NCBI GenBank assembly: GCA_964390375.1
Contig: CAYMIF010000004.1
Location: 1-63,175, forward strand
DNA from: an uncultured Methanosarcinales archaeon
Lineage (GTDB): Archaea; Nanobdellota; Nanobdellia; Woesearchaeales; DSVV01
Direction of reading: 5' to 3'
Length of the DNA: 63,175 nucleotides
Shown here: positions 8,072 to 18,257 of the stretch, in pieces
Numbering within the stretch: position 1 is the stretch's first letter
Layout of the letters: the number at the start of each line of letters is the position of its first letter
The notes under the pieces: generated by a model
The model's database searches: none
The model's input: the letters and a program-made list of their open reading frames with translations, nothing else
Told to the model about the DNA's origin: nothing
Program-made: the position numbers and the translations under genes

Positions 8072-10576
8072 TTACCTTAGTAATGCAAGCTTCAGCTCAT
8101 TGCGAAGCTCAAGTATATCATAATAAATCTCTTTCTTGCGGATATTTGTCGATGGTATTGAATGATACCTTTCCAGTATCTTGGTTATATTGCTGTTTGC
8201 TTTCTGGAACTTGCCTGATGAAATAGCATCGAAGGTCTCCTTGATCAATGAGGATATGTCTTCCATGCTTGAATTTGCTTTTTTTGCAGGAGCCTCGACC
8301 GGCATGTCAAGCGCCTCGTCTTTCTTCTTTTTCTTGCTGTGTTTTTGATGATGCTTCTTTTCTTCAAAGAAAGAATCTGCTTCCGGAATAGGCTGCTCAT
8401 AATTCTCCAGTTTCTTTCTCATGCGGTATGCTTTCTCAAGTTTTTCATATTCAGATGAGAGCCTTTCCTTGAGCCGTTTGTAGCTCTTCTCCATCTTTTT
8501 CATCTCATCCTTGTGCTTTTTCATCTCACGGATTTCTGCCAGGTCCTGCTCCATCTTCTCAGTTTTGGAATCGATCTCTTTTTCTTTTTCATTGAGCTCT
8601 TTTATCTTGAGTGCAGCATCTGCCTCTGCCTGAAGCTTCTCCTCCATCTCGTCCTTAACTTCCCTTGATTTTTCTATTATCGATTTTTCAGTATCCTTGA
8701 GTTCATTGAGCTTATCCATCAGTCCCTGTTCCTTATCATCCAGGACCTTTTGTTCTTTCTCGAGATTATTTATCTTATCGATTACCTCGACCTCTTTCGA
8801 GTTAAGCTCGTCATCAAGTTTCTTGAGCTCATTTTCCTTTTCATAGAATATCGTCTCTCTAGATTTTAGCTCATCAGCTCTCTCTTTCAGAAGCTTTTCC
8901 TTGTCTTCAAGCTCCTGGACCTTGGGCTGGATATGACTTTTCAGCTCATCATGCATCCTTCTGTCATCTTCAAGCTTTTTCTGCTCGTCCTTCATCTTTT
9001 TCTGCTCGTCCTCAAGCTTTTTGACCTCGTCCATCAATGATTTTTCCTCATCCTCAAGCTTCTTTTTGTCCTTTTTGAGCTGCTCGTCCTTCTTCTTTAT
9101 CGATTCCTGGGTCTTCTTGAGACTCTCTTCCCTGGATAGCAGTTTCACCTCACGGTCAGTGTGCTTCTTGGCAAGCTCAGAACGCATCTTCTCGAATGAT
9201 TCTTCCAGCTCTTTGTTTCTTTTCTCAAGCCTTTCTTCTTTTTTCTTCTGTCTTTTATCATAGTTCTGCTTATACTTCAGGAACTTATCCTTCAGCTGTT
9301 TCTCTTTCTTTTTCAGATCCTGCTCCTTCTTCTTCTTGGACTTCTCATATCTCTTCTTATTGGTCTCAAACTTCTTTTTCTCGGTCTTAACTTTCTTCTT
9401 TTCCCTCAAAACAAGCTTGCCTTCTTTGGATTTTGAAAGAACCTCATCCAGGGTGTAGAGCCCTTTTCCTGACTGCATATCCTTCACAGTCTTTTCTAGC
9501 ATCTCAAGCGCTTTTTCTTTTTGGTCAAGCTGTTTTGCTTTCTCTTCAAGACCAGAGATCTTTTCCTTTAGTTTTTGATTTTCAGTCTCAAGTTTTTTCT
9601 TATCAGAATCCACTGCCTTATGCTTGTCCTCAAGCTCCTTGTGCTTTTTTGCGAGCTCCTTGTGGCTCTTCTCGACATGATCTGCCAGTTTTTTTACATC
9701 ATCATGCTTTTTCTTTAGTTCATGCTCTTTTTGCTGCAGATCATTTTTCTTTTTCAGTATTTCAGGAGGATGAACAAGATGATCAATATCCGGACTGGGT
9801 ATAGGTATGACTGGGTTTTTTTCATCCAAATCGATCTTTTTTTTACCATCCTCAGCATTCTTGCCCTTCTCTTTGGTTGATTGTTTTATCTTCGATTCAG
9901 GTTTCTTCGCCTCTTTTTTCTCTTTCTGTTTTTCCTTTATGTCCTGTTTTTTTTGCTTGACTTGCTTTTTTGGCTGAAGCTTCAGGGGAGGGAGTTTATC
10001 CTTCCTTTGGTTTTCGTGCTTGGATATAACATCCTCCAGTTTCTTTTTATCAGAAATCTTCTCCTCTTTCTTCTCTTTTTGCTGGATCTGGGGCTTGTCC
10101 TTTTTTTCATCCTTCAGCTTCTTCTCAGGCTTACTCTTTTTTGATCCAAGAACCATCTCAGACCCCACATCCGGAGCATTTTCAGGAACCTTATCATCAG
10201 GTTCAGTGATCAGTTTCGGCCCCGGCATCTCCAAATCTTTCTTTTGAGGCTTAAAATCTGCTTTTGAAGAAGTATCTTTCTTTTCTTTTGCAATCTTGTC
10301 TTTCGCTTTTTTTGTGTTTTGCGCAAGAAGTTTATCCAGGTCATTCAGCTCTTTGCTTACCTCAAATTGCGGCTGCTCAGAATCAGTTTTTTTCTTTTCT
10401 TTTTCTTTCTCTTTTCCTTTCTCTTTTTCTTTTTTTTTCTTCTTAAAAAGCCTGCCGAAAAAACCTTTTTTGTTCTCCTGATCATCAGCTTTTTGTTCAA
10501 AACCAGGAGGACCTGGCGGAGGAGGCAAGTCGTCTAAGTCATCCTTTAGCATCTTTGCTGAATCTTGGTTCTCCAT
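8072..10576 (-). CDS. Long Lys/Glu-rich coiled-coil protein
   Basis: 834-aa ORF; DLPPPPGPP and KKGFFGRLF near the N-terminus; ~450 aa of heptad-like K/E/L repeats; shared C-terminal domain. Confidence 0.75.
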   Translation of the reverse strand: MENQDSAKMLKDDLDDLPPPPGPPGFEQKADDQENKKGFFGRLFKKKKKEKEKGKEKEKEKKKTDSEQPQFEVSKELNDLDKLLAQNTKKAKDKIAKEKKDTSSKADFKPQKKDLEMPGPKLITEPDDKVPENAPDVGSEMVLGSKKSKPEKKLKDEKKDKPQIQQKEKKEEKISDKKKLEDVISKHENQRKDKLPPLKLQPKKQVKQKKQDIKEKQKEKKEAKKPESKIKQSTKEKGKNAEDGKKKIDLDEKNPVIPIPSPDIDHLVHPPEILKKKNDLQQKEHELKKKHDDVKKLADHVEKSHKELAKKHKELEDKHKAVDSDKKKLETENQKLKEKISGLEEKAKQLDQKEKALEMLEKTVKDMQSGKGLYTLDEVLSKSKEGKLVLREKKKVKTEKKKFETNKKRYEKSKKKKEQDLKKKEKQLKDKFLKYKQNYDKRQKKKEERLEKRNKELEESFEKMRSELAKKHTDREVKLLSREESLKKTQESIKKKDEQLKKDKKKLEDEEKSLMDEVKKLEDEQKKMKDEQKKLEDDRRMHDELKSHIQPKVQELEDKEKLLKERADELKSRETIFYEKENELKKLDDELNSKEVEVIDKINNLEKEQKVLDDKEQGLMDKLNELKDTEKSIIEKSREVKDEMEEKLQAEADAALKIKELNEKEKEIDSKTEKMEQDLAEIREMKKHKDEMKKMEKSYKRLKERLSSEYEKLEKAYRMRKKLENYEQPIPEADSFFEEKKHHQKHSKKKKKDEALDMPVEAPAKKANSSMEDISSLIKETFDAISSGKFQKANSNITKILERYHSIPSTNIRKKEIYYDILELRNELKLALLR

Positions 10577-10723
10577 AATGAAAATCCCCCTTTTTTTAGC
10601 TTTGTTTAAAGCTGAAAATTACTGCAGTCTTTGAAATACACGAGAATTAGTGAATCCTTGTATTTATATTATTTTATTGTAATTTTGGAGTGGTATAATA
10701 GAAAAAGCAAAAAGCTAAGTAAA

Positions 10724-11827
10724 TCATTTTTTAGGTATTCTTTCTGCTATCAGGCACACAGCATCGTTTTGACCCAAGTCTGAATCCAGTTCATCTGCCA
10801 GGGTGTCTCCTTTCAGCGGCAGGTCTGAGACATAACCGACAAAGCCAAAATTCACCCTTATATTATCAGGCCAGTTGACCTTGACCTGTTTTATTGCTCC
10901 AACCGCTCCAGAGGCCTCCATCTCGACACACGAGCAGCCGTTCTTCCTGGCAGCCTCGAGCTGTTCAGTGGTCTGGTCGATGACTGTCCTGACATTCAGT
11001 ATCCTGTTTCCATATTTGGCTGAAGAGAATGCATTATCGAAATCATAAGCCATAGGAGAATGATTATGATCGATTATTCCATCAGGCAGTACCAGGTCAT
11101 GTCTCTTTTGGTTTTCTTTCAGTCCGCCTACACGGCCGAACATGTATACGTCGATCTTAGGCATGGTTCCTTTCTCTTCTGCAGTAGATACCCATTCGAC
11201 AAGCATCTTGTAGACGATCCTGTAAGCCTGGTCTGCATAGACATAGCCTATGTTCAGGACATCCTCTCTTCCGATAGAGACCATCTGCGCATCAAGATAT
11301 TCAGTCTTGCCTCTCTCAAGAACCTTGTCTGCATGCTTTGCTACAGCTTCCAGGTCTCCTATCACGAGTTTTCTGACATGCCTGGGATCCTCATCGTGGA
11401 AGATTCTGTTCTGCTCATGTTTCTTCTCAGGTACAAACAGGCCTGTCACGAAATCATACGCAAAGTTCTCATAGTTGATGTTCTTGTTTCTTGCCCTGCC
11501 GCGAGGGAACACTCTGTTGAACCGAACATCCCGTCCGCAGAGTTCCTGGTATGCTTCGATCATCGATATGTATCTCATCTCTCTTCCGCGGGAGCTGTAT
11601 TCAGATATGAAAAGCCGGCCGTCAGAAAAGAATATCGGCTCGCGTCCGTTTCGCTGGATGACGCGTCTGTATCCTGGAGCATCGCTCCTCAGCTTCTCCT
11701 CGAGCTGCGAAGGCAAAAATCCTGAATATAGGTTTATCTCACGAACATCTGCCAAATCAAGGTTGCTTCCCCCAAGCCTGGTCTGGACATATTTTTGTTT
11801 CTTCTCTTCATTGAATACCTGCGGCAT
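10724..11827 (-). CDS. Nucleoside phosphorylase/AMP-nucleosidase-fold protein (DUF6909-like)
   Basis: FGRVGGL...DLVLP, VEMEASG and YVSDLP motifs of the PNP/AMN fold in the C-terminal half. Confidence 0.55.
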   Translation of the reverse strand: MPQVFNEEKKQKYVQTRLGGSNLDLADVREINLYSGFLPSQLEEKLRSDAPGYRRVIQRNGREPIFFSDGRLFISEYSSRGREMRYISMIEAYQELCGRDVRFNRVFPRGRARNKNINYENFAYDFVTGLFVPEKKHEQNRIFHDEDPRHVRKLVIGDLEAVAKHADKVLERGKTEYLDAQMVSIGREDVLNIGYVYADQAYRIVYKMLVEWVSTAEEKGTMPKIDVYMFGRVGGLKENQKRHDLVLPDGIIDHNHSPMAYDFDNAFSSAKYGNRILNVRTVIDQTTEQLEAARKNGCSCVEMEASGAVGAIKQVKVNWPDNIRVNFGFVGYVSDLPLKGDTLADELDSDLGQNDAVCLIAERIPKK

Positions 11828-11921
11828 ATAAAAAAGGAGGCATTGTTCATTTATAAATATTTCTATTATTAGCTACTGTCCAGTAGTTATAAAACATACA
11901 TCGCATTACAAGACCAAGCCC

Positions 11922-12617
11922 TCATCTCTTCCTTGCTGCCACAAGCTGGTTCGACATCAGCCTGCCCAGACCTATTGCCCTGAAGAACGATTCGATCCCC
12001 TGTTCAAATGGCAGCGAAAAGAACGGAAAGATCATGAAATGCTTTCGGACAAGAACTAGAAATCCTGCCTTGTTGAACATAAGGCCAAGTTTTCTGAGAG
12101 TCAATGTCTCCAGATGCTCCTCATCCTTGAGATAGCCTATCCTTGTCGCGATCTCATCATGGAAAGGATTCGGCGTGGTAATTATGAGAATACCGCCTTT
12201 TTTCAGCACTCTTCTGCATTCTAAGAGCATCTTCTTCGGGCTGTCGACATGTTCGATCACTGCGCATGCAGTGATTATGTCGAAGGATCCTGAAGCAAAC
12301 TTAAGATTCTCGGCATTGCCAAGCATCAGCCTGATTCCCTTGTCTTTGTTTGTTGAAAGCAGCTCTTTGCTCATGTCGATTCCGACAGCCTTCTTGAACC
12401 TGTATCTCCTGTTCAGCTTGGAAAGCATCATCCCGTCAGCTGTGCCGATGTCAAGTATTGAAAGGGAGTTCAGCTTTTTTTTCTGAAATGCCCTATCGAT
12501 TATCCTCATTGCCTCCTGCGCCCGCCTGTTCATCCTGTAGCGCAGGTCAAACCGCTTCTTTCTCTGCAGATGATACTGTTTTTTCATGATTCCGGCCATA
12601 TTATCCTGTAAAATCAT
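11922..12617 (-). CDS. Class I SAM-dependent methyltransferase
   Basis: ILDIGTADG, GIDMS, FDII, VIEHV, RVLKKGG, TTPN motifs; start uncertain. Confidence 0.85.
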   Translation of the reverse strand: MILQDNMAGIMKKQYHLQRKKRFDLRYRMNRRAQEAMRIIDRAFQKKKLNSLSILDIGTADGMMLSKLNRRYRFKKAVGIDMSKELLSTNKDKGIRLMLGNAENLKFASGSFDIITACAVIEHVDSPKKMLLECRRVLKKGGILIITTPNPFHDEIATRIGYLKDEEHLETLTLRKLGLMFNKAGFLVLVRKHFMIFPFFSLPFEQGIESFFRAIGLGRLMSNQLVAARKR

Positions 12618-12642
12618 CTCATTGTTTAAAAAAGTTTATAAA

Positions 12643-12663
12643 TAATTGTAGCCTCAACACTAT
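12643..12663. promoter_or_regulatory. Candidate NrtR operator (autoregulation)
   Basis: TAATTGTAGCCTCAACACTAT: GT-N7-AC core, 15/21 identical to the palindrome at 18107-18127, immediately downstream of TTTATAAA (12635-12642). Confidence 0.55.
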
Positions 12664-12666
12664 CCC

Positions 12667-13305
12667 ATGGGTTCCATGCCAAACGACAGGTTCTATCTTG
12701 CAGCAGACGCAGTAGTGTTTACGATAATCGATGAGCAGCTCATGATCCTTCTCATTGAGAGGAAGAATGAGCCCTTCAAAGGAAGGTTCGCGCTCCCGGG
12801 CGGATTCGTCGAGCTGGACGAGGAGCTGGAGCATGCGGCATCAAGGGAGCTGGAAGAAGAGACAAACGTAAAAGACATTTTCTTAAAGAAGCTTGGTGTA
12901 TATGGAAAAGTCGGCCGTGACCCAAGAGGCAGGGTGATCTCAGTCGCGTTCCTAGCATTGATAGACGGGAGAAAAGTCAGGCTTGCGGCAAGCACAGATG
13001 CTGCTATGGCCAGATGGCATCCGGCTTACGGGCTTCCGAAGCTGGCATTCGACCACAAAGATATAATCGATGATGCATTGACTGATCTTCGGCAGTCCCT
13101 GGCAGAGACTGACATCGCAAGGCAGATAATGCCTGAGAAGTTCACGCTTTCAGACCTTCAGAAAGCATTCGAGATAATCCTCGGAAAAGCTTTAGACAAG
13201 CGCAATTTCCGAAAGAAGCTAAAGGAGACAAAGGTATTGCAGGACCTCCACGAGACAAGGATGCAAGGAGCGCACAGGCCGGCTGCATTGTATGGGTTCA
13301 GGTGA
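12667..13305 (+). CDS. nrtR: NrtR-family Nudix-related transcriptional regulator
   Basis: N-terminal Nudix domain (ALPGGFV...RELEEET, GRDPRG, LAFDH) plus C-terminal wHTH (FTLSDLQ, LDKRNFRKK, GAHRPAALY). Confidence 0.88.
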   Translation: MGSMPNDRFYLAADAVVFTIIDEQLMILLIERKNEPFKGRFALPGGFVELDEELEHAASRELEEETNVKDIFLKKLGVYGKVGRDPRGRVISVAFLALIDGRKVRLAASTDAAMARWHPAYGLPKLAFDHKDIIDDALTDLRQSLAETDIARQIMPEKFTLSDLQKAFEIILGKALDKRNFRKKLKETKVLQDLHETRMQGAHRPAALYGFR

Positions 13306-13600
13306 GGCCCAAGAAGATTTTTTCATCCTAAAGAAGATTCAAACAACCTCTGAACGCTTCTCTTCTCTTAGGCATCTTTCTGCATAATACCCAACCGCAA
13401 TCACATCATCCAACTTCTCAAAACCCCTTGGATAATATTGCCTGACTTCAACACGTTCCATGATGTCCTTCTTGACATAAGAGACAGGTTCCCGGACATA
13501 ATCAGGAGCTATGACTTCGTGATTGTGATGAACGAGGATAAATTGGATTATTATCCTGGCTGCTGGGAACAGATAGACTGAATCTTTGATTATGTTTGTA

Positions 13601-14173
13601 TTAAGCTACATTTCTCTTTTCTTGAAGCAGCCTCATGGGATAGCCCACATGGTCCTGCTGCCCGACCTCTGCGCCCAGCTCCCTGATCAGCGAAAGAAGA
13701 TGCACTTTAGCTGAATCGACTGTCAAATGATCCCCCTTTGCCTCTAGTTCGATAAAAATACCAAGGCCATTCACATAATCCAATGCTATCTCAGCACCCT
13801 TGTATTGCCATGCCGTCCTTTTCTTATCGACGACAATCAATTCCCTGAATCCAAGGCATTTGAGTATCTTTTCAAAGGCATCTGCATCACTTAGTCTTGT
13901 CTGATGCTCATCGCAAGACACGCATTCATTGCCATCCTTATTATGCCATTTTTTGTAGGTCAGTGAACTACCATCTGGGCTCTTCCTTACACGGAGCCAT
14001 TCAGAAACAGGGTCCTGTGCCAGAAAGTCTCTTTTTGGCGGATTGAAATAAGTATCCTTTTGGACAATGTCTTTTTGAATTAGGACAGCGACAGAATTTA
14101 GTCTCTTCTCAACAGCCTTAGGGTTCAGTAAAGGGAACTTCAACTCTATTTCCATGTCATCATCTGTTGGCAT
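13601..14173 (-). CDS. CYTH-domain protein (class IV adenylate cyclase/triphosphatase family)
   Basis: EIELK, QKDTYF, LRVR, LTYK, KKR, LDYVNGLG.FIELE, GY motifs. Confidence 0.9.
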   Translation of the reverse strand: MPTDDDMEIELKFPLLNPKAVEKRLNSVAVLIQKDIVQKDTYFNPPKRDFLAQDPVSEWLRVRKSPDGSSLTYKKWHNKDGNECVSCDEHQTRLSDADAFEKILKCLGFRELIVVDKKRTAWQYKGAEIALDYVNGLGIFIELEAKGDHLTVDSAKVHLLSLIRELGAEVGQQDHVGYPMRLLQEKRNVA

Positions 14174-14221
14174 AGACAGAAGAGTTGCAGGATTAACTAT
14201 TAAAACTTATGTAAACCACGT

Positions 14222-14860
14222 TCAGAATTCCAAAAATCCGATGACCTTGTTGACATCCTTTCGGTCGATCACCAGGATAGTGTCTTTCCAGCAGGAAAGG
14301 AACTCGATTATGTTCACCCCGTTCTCGGCAAATAGCGAGGTTATGTATGATACTACTCCGATGAGCTTCTCGATGTCCTGTGAGCTTCGGACATTGATCA
14401 GAGCAAGGTTGTCCTGCCTGGCGATCAGGCTTCCTCTGAATTTTTCAGATATCTCTTCTGCTGTGTTTCCCTGGATTATCATGGTATAATTGTCAGAGCC
14501 TTCTAGAAGGTACATTGTCTTGTCCTCAGCTTTGAGGCCTTTTTGCATATCCAGGACCTCATTTACATCTATTGACTTCCTGAATATGATGACACTGATC
14601 CTGTTCTTAATATCGATCTCTGAGCCAGACAGAAGCGACCTCACTCTCTCTTCATGCCCCACTTCTTTTTTCAGTTTTTCAGAAAATCTCCTGGCAGCCA
14701 TGAGTATCGCTTCCTTTGAGCTGCTTTTCTCGATTCTGAGTTCTGATGAAATCAGCCTTGCCAGGGATGAATAGTTGACAAGCCCTTTTTTCAGGCAGTT
14801 CTTTATCTGAGGATGTTCCCTGATGTAATCCTCTGTCAGCTCAGTTGTATTTTTGTCCAT
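14222..14860 (-). CDS. ACT-domain protein (archaeal HTH-ACT type)
   Basis: GLVNYSSLAR N-terminal helical domain; C-terminal ACT (GVVSYITSLFAENGVNIIEFLSC). Confidence 0.85.
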   Translation of the reverse strand: MDKNTTELTEDYIREHPQIKNCLKKGLVNYSSLARLISSELRIEKSSSKEAILMAARRFSEKLKKEVGHEERVRSLLSGSEIDIKNRISVIIFRKSIDVNEVLDMQKGLKAEDKTMYLLEGSDNYTMIIQGNTAEEISEKFRGSLIARQDNLALINVRSSQDIEKLIGVVSYITSLFAENGVNIIEFLSCWKDTILVIDRKDVNKVIGFLEF

Positions 14861-15005
14861 AAAAACTAGGGTTATCTGCATTTCATATATAAGGTTTACC
14901 ATATTGTTTGAAATATAACAAAAATGTTCATAATTGTCATCCTCTGGACGTCATATATAAAAGATTACCTGATCTCCAAAAAAGACCAAGAACAGGGGAG
15001 ACCGA

Positions 15006-15755
15006 ATGAAAAGACAGTCAGCTGGATGCATTTGCGCAACAAAGAAGATACAGGAGACAGGAATCCTGCTAAACACCCGGTTTGGTCAGGCCATTCTCAG
15101 AAAAGCAGTACAAGAAGACCTCTCTTCAGTCGCAGACCTGTACAGGACGGTCTTTTCAGGCCACAGCTTATTCGACCAGGCCCATGACCAGGTTATGGAT
15201 TATCTGAAAGCGACCCATGAAGATAACGCGCCGCTTGGCTGCGGATACATGATAATAAAAACCACTGATTGTTGCCAGGAAAAGAAGATAATCGGCGCAG
15301 CGCTTCTGGAACACAGTGCAGGAGATATGTTCGATTCCTGCATCGGTTTCACGATAAGGCATGTTGCTGTAAGCCCAGACCATACCCGGGCAGGCCTTGG
15401 AAAAGGGCTGATCAGAAAATGTGAAGACAATATCAAGCATATATGCAGGGAATCAGGCCAAAAAGAGGCATCTGTGAAGCTTGCTGTGTTGCAGGATAAC
15501 ATAAAAGCAATCAGATTCTACCTAAGACATGGTTTTCAGATGATTTCTGAATGCGACAGCAGTTTTTATGATAATTCCAGAGCATTCATCATGCAGAAGA
15601 GCATATTACCAGACAATAGCATAACAAGAGACATTGATACTGCTGTCAGTCAGCTGCAGAATTTTCAGGAACATCTTCATCCCCAGGAAACTCAGAAAAG
15701 AATGCATCGATTATCTGCTCTGCCTCTTTTAGGTCACGGTATTCCTTCAGTATGA
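15006..15755 (+). CDS. GNAT-family N-acetyltransferase
   Basis: HVAVSPDHTRAGLGKGL (motif A), NIKAIRFYLRHGF (motif B); C-terminal tail overlaps the convergent gene. Confidence 0.75.
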   Translation: MKRQSAGCICATKKIQETGILLNTRFGQAILRKAVQEDLSSVADLYRTVFSGHSLFDQAHDQVMDYLKATHEDNAPLGCGYMIIKTTDCCQEKKIIGAALLEHSAGDMFDSCIGFTIRHVAVSPDHTRAGLGKGLIRKCEDNIKHICRESGQKEASVKLAVLQDNIKAIRFYLRHGFQMISECDSSFYDNSRAFIMQKSILPDNSITRDIDTAVSQLQNFQEHLHPQETQKRMHRLSALPLLGHGIPSV

Positions 15756-16095
15756 CGTCCGGACATCCGCCGATCATGCCAGAGAGATACTTGCCTTCTT
15801 TTGGCTTGTACAGGCACAGCACCTTCTTTTTCTTCTCGACTGCCCTTCCGATCTCATACCCCACACCAAGGCTAGGGGTGGAGACATCAGCCACCACAAC
15901 ATCGCATGAAGTAAGGAACTTCAGGTCCTTTTCATGGACTTCCTCATCAGTCAGCCCCTCTCCGATCTCCGGAACTGTAGCGATATAATCGGTCAGAACT
16001 TTTCCGTGTTTTTTCAGATGCTTTATTATCCCTGCGAAGAATTTTACATGCTCTCTTCCGCCGCGAATCGATCCGGAAAAATATATGTTTGGCAT
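15646..16095 (-). CDS. Nucleoside 2-deoxyribosyltransferase / dNMP N-glycosidase (Rcl/DNPH1-like)
   Basis: IYFSGSIRGGR, CDVVVADVSTPSLGVGYEIG, LSGMIGG. Confidence 0.88.
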   Translation of the reverse strand: MPNIYFSGSIRGGREHVKFFAGIIKHLKKHGKVLTDYIATVPEIGEGLTDEEVHEKDLKFLTSCDVVVADVSTPSLGVGYEIGRAVEKKKKVLCLYKPKEGKYLSGMIGGCPDVILKEYRDLKEAEQIIDAFFSEFPGDEDVPENSAAD

Positions 16096-16206
16096 TGAAT
16101 AGGAGGATAGAGCAATTTTTATTTAAAGATTTCTGATATTCAAAATGAATACCTATCTGATCAGAGCATGGTCAAGGAGATTTCGGCCGTACAAAAAAAC
16201 CCAACC

Positions 16207-16446
16207 TCAGTTCCTTAACTTAGCAGCCCGCCGGCTTCCTCCTGCCCGATACCTGTTGTACCTTGCTTTGGTTTTCTGGGATTTCCGAAATCCAGGGAAC
16301 ACATAATAGTCGTCATCGTCCTTGTCGATTATCACCTTTTCAACCTCGACCTCTTCGCAGTAGCCCTGGATGCACAGCATCTTCTTGTCCCCATTGGCAG
16401 GCTCCATATTCCGAAGCTCAGATAAGCTCCTTCCCATCTTTCTCAC
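16207..16446 (-). CDS. Small hypothetical protein
   Basis: 79-aa ORF starting immediately after the sod stop; no recognisable motif. Confidence 0.4.
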   Translation of the reverse strand: MRKMGRSLSELRNMEPANGDKKMLCIQGYCEEVEVEKVIIDKDDDDYYVFPGFRKSQKTKARYNRYRAGGSRRAAKLRN

Positions 16447-16447
16447 C

Positions 16448-17050
16448 TCATTTTATTTTTTTTAGGTTCTCATGCACCTTTTCCCAGTTGATCACATTGA
16501 AGAAAGCATCGATATAGTCTGCTCTCTTGTTCTGGTACTTAAGATAATACGCATGCTCCCAGACATCCAGGCCAAGCACAGGCATCATCCCATTGCTGAT
16601 CAGGCTGTCCTGGTTAGGTGTTGTCATGATCTTCAGTTTTCCTGAATCCTTCACAACCCATGCCCATCCTGAGCCGAACACCTTTGCAGCTTTTTCAGAG
16701 AATTCCTTTTTGAAGGAATCTAATGACCCGAAGCTCGACTCAATCTCCTCTTTTAGTTCATTAGGCATCTCTACATCCTTTTTTAGGAGCGGCCAGAAAA
16801 AGGAATGGTTCACGTGCCCGCCGCCATTGTTCTGCACAGCAGTCCGTATATCTGACGGGACAGAATCCAGATCCTTCAACAATTCCGAAGCGCTCTTCTC
16901 CTGCAGATCCTGATGACCTTCCAAAGCAGTATTAAGCTTGTTCACATATCCCTGATGATGCTTTGTATGATGGATCTCCATCGTCTCCTTATCTATGTAA
17001 GGCTCCAGCGCATCATAGCTGTATCCGAGATCTGGTAATTCATGTTTCAT
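16448..17050 (-). CDS. sodA: Superoxide dismutase, Fe/Mn family (Mn-type signature)
   Basis: [39 protein letters not shown]; GGAGGTGA RBS before ATG 17050. Confidence 0.95.
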   Translation of the reverse strand: MKHELPDLGYSYDALEPYIDKETMEIHHTKHHQGYVNKLNTALEGHQDLQEKSASELLKDLDSVPSDIRTAVQNNGGGHVNHSFFWPLLKKDVEMPNELKEEIESSFGSLDSFKKEFSEKAAKVFGSGWAWVVKDSGKLKIMTTPNQDSLISNGMMPVLGLDVWEHAYYLKYQNKRADYIDAFFNVINWEKVHENLKKIK

Positions 17051-17320
17051 TGCAATCACCTCCGATTGATAATGCATCGATATAGTCATGTTGTTTGATA
17101 AAAAAAAGAAATAAAAGGAACATTGATCACACACTTCCCTTTCATAGCTTTGCTATGGTGTTTTTATATATAATAACATATCAAGAAGATATATATATCT
17201 ATCCCATATATAAAATAATATATAAGACATTAAAATTATAAATAATAAGCGAAAATAAAAGAATAACACCCTGATATGCCTGTCGAAAGGTTTAAATCTG
17301 TAGGCAGTTTAACCAGCTTC

Positions 17321-17776
17321 ATGAAAACAGATCTCGTTGTTGCAGGCTACATAATAGGATCAGGCAAGGTCCTGTTGATCCACCATAAAAAACTCGACAA
17401 ATGGCTGCCCTTGGGCGGTCATATCGAACAAGGTGAGACACCAGATTCTGCCCTGAGAAGAGAAGCCAAAGAAGAGACGAACCTTAGGATCGAGATCCTG
17501 AACCGACCCGCGCTTCCAGTTGATGGAAATGTGAAAGAGAACCTGGCCACGCCCTTCTATGTCAATGTGCATTCAGTCGGAGATCATGACCATTGCTGTT
17601 TTTTCTATATCTGCAAGACCAATGCCCTGGATCAGATGAAGGTCAACAAGGAGTTGAACCAGGCCAGATGGTTCTCGACTGCAGAACTTGATGCACAAGA
17701 TGTGCCTGTTGACGTGAAAAACCAGGCAAAGATGGCATTGAAGATGTTTTGGAAGATAGAAGATGAAAAAGATTGA
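17321..17776 (+). CDS. Nudix hydrolase
   Basis: LLIHHKKLDKWLPLGGHIE...REAKEET Nudix box. Confidence 0.88.
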   Translation: MKTDLVVAGYIIGSGKVLLIHHKKLDKWLPLGGHIEQGETPDSALRREAKEETNLRIEILNRPALPVDGNVKENLATPFYVNVHSVGDHDHCCFFYICKTNALDQMKVNKELNQARWFSTAELDAQDVPVDVKNQAKMALKMFWKIEDEKD

Positions 17777-18020
17777 ACAAAGGCTGGACCAAATTGAGCA
17801 GAGGAACAGGCGTGTCGAACTGGACAAGGCATGGGAGACGAGCACTGCAAGAAAGATGATAATTGCGGTCCTGACATACATGACAATTGTCCTTTTTTTC
17901 CTGGCAGCAGGCCTGCCCCGGCCTTTCATAAACCCGATCGTCCCGACAGCAGGATTCGTGCTCTCGACATTGTCGCTTCCGTATTTCAAGAAGGCCTGGA
18001 CAAAGGCAAAAAGGAAATAA
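17763..18020 (+). CDS. Small two-TM membrane protein
   Basis: RNRRVELDKAWETS followed by two hydrophobic segments; overlaps the Nudix stop. Confidence 0.7.
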   Translation: MKKIEQRLDQIEQRNRRVELDKAWETSTARKMIIAVLTYMTIVLFFLAAGLPRPFINPIVPTAGFVLSTLSLPYFKKAWTKAKRK

Positions 18021-18106
18021 CCACCACCTATTTATAAACACCCCTTCCCCCGCTCCATCTCATTTATAAATATGTATCCTGAATCACAGAAATATTTATA
18101 TAGTTG

Positions 18107-18127
18107 TAAGTGTATACTATACACTAA
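18107..18127. promoter_or_regulatory. Candidate NrtR operator at the NAD-salvage promoter
   Basis: Perfect 8-1-8 palindrome AGTGTATA-C-TATACACT (18109-18125) with GT-N7-AC core, just downstream of TTTATATA (~18095-18102). Confidence 0.72.
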
Positions 18128-18164
18128 GACAAGACAAATGTCTTGATTCACAAAAAAGAGACAG

Positions 18165-18230
18165 AAAAGCCAGGCAAGGCACAACCTTCATGCACCTCAG
18201 GAATGATTACGCCTTGTGCTGGCTTTTTTT
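18165..18230 (+). terminator. Leader stem-loop followed by T-tract (attenuator/terminator-like)
   Basis: AAAAGCCAGGCAAGGC pairs with GCCTTGTGCTGGCTTTT (one bulge, one GU); ends in T7. Confidence 0.45.
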
Positions 18231-18241
18231 ATCCAACAGAA

Positions 18242-18257
18242 AGTGTAAAAAACACAC
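18242..18257. promoter_or_regulatory. Second candidate NrtR operator next to the pncB RBS
   Basis: AGTGTAAAAAACACAC (GT-N7-AC); identical 16-mer at 19647-19662. Confidence 0.55.

Noticed and set aside
8072-10576. Apparent nucleotide repeats and T-runs
   Set aside because: Explained by Lys/Glu-rich coiled-coil coding; no fixed-length repeat unit
13306-13600. Short ORF fragments between nrtR and the CYTH gene
   Set aside because: Under 60 aa with no motif or clear RBS; cannot be supported
15646-15755. 110-bp overlap between convergent GNAT and glycosidase genes
   Set aside because: The overlapping tails lie outside both catalytic domains; most likely stop-codon drift
17140-17275. Very AT-rich stretch with TA runs upstream of sod
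   Set aside because: Consistent with divergent promoters; no specific operator or repeat could be defined
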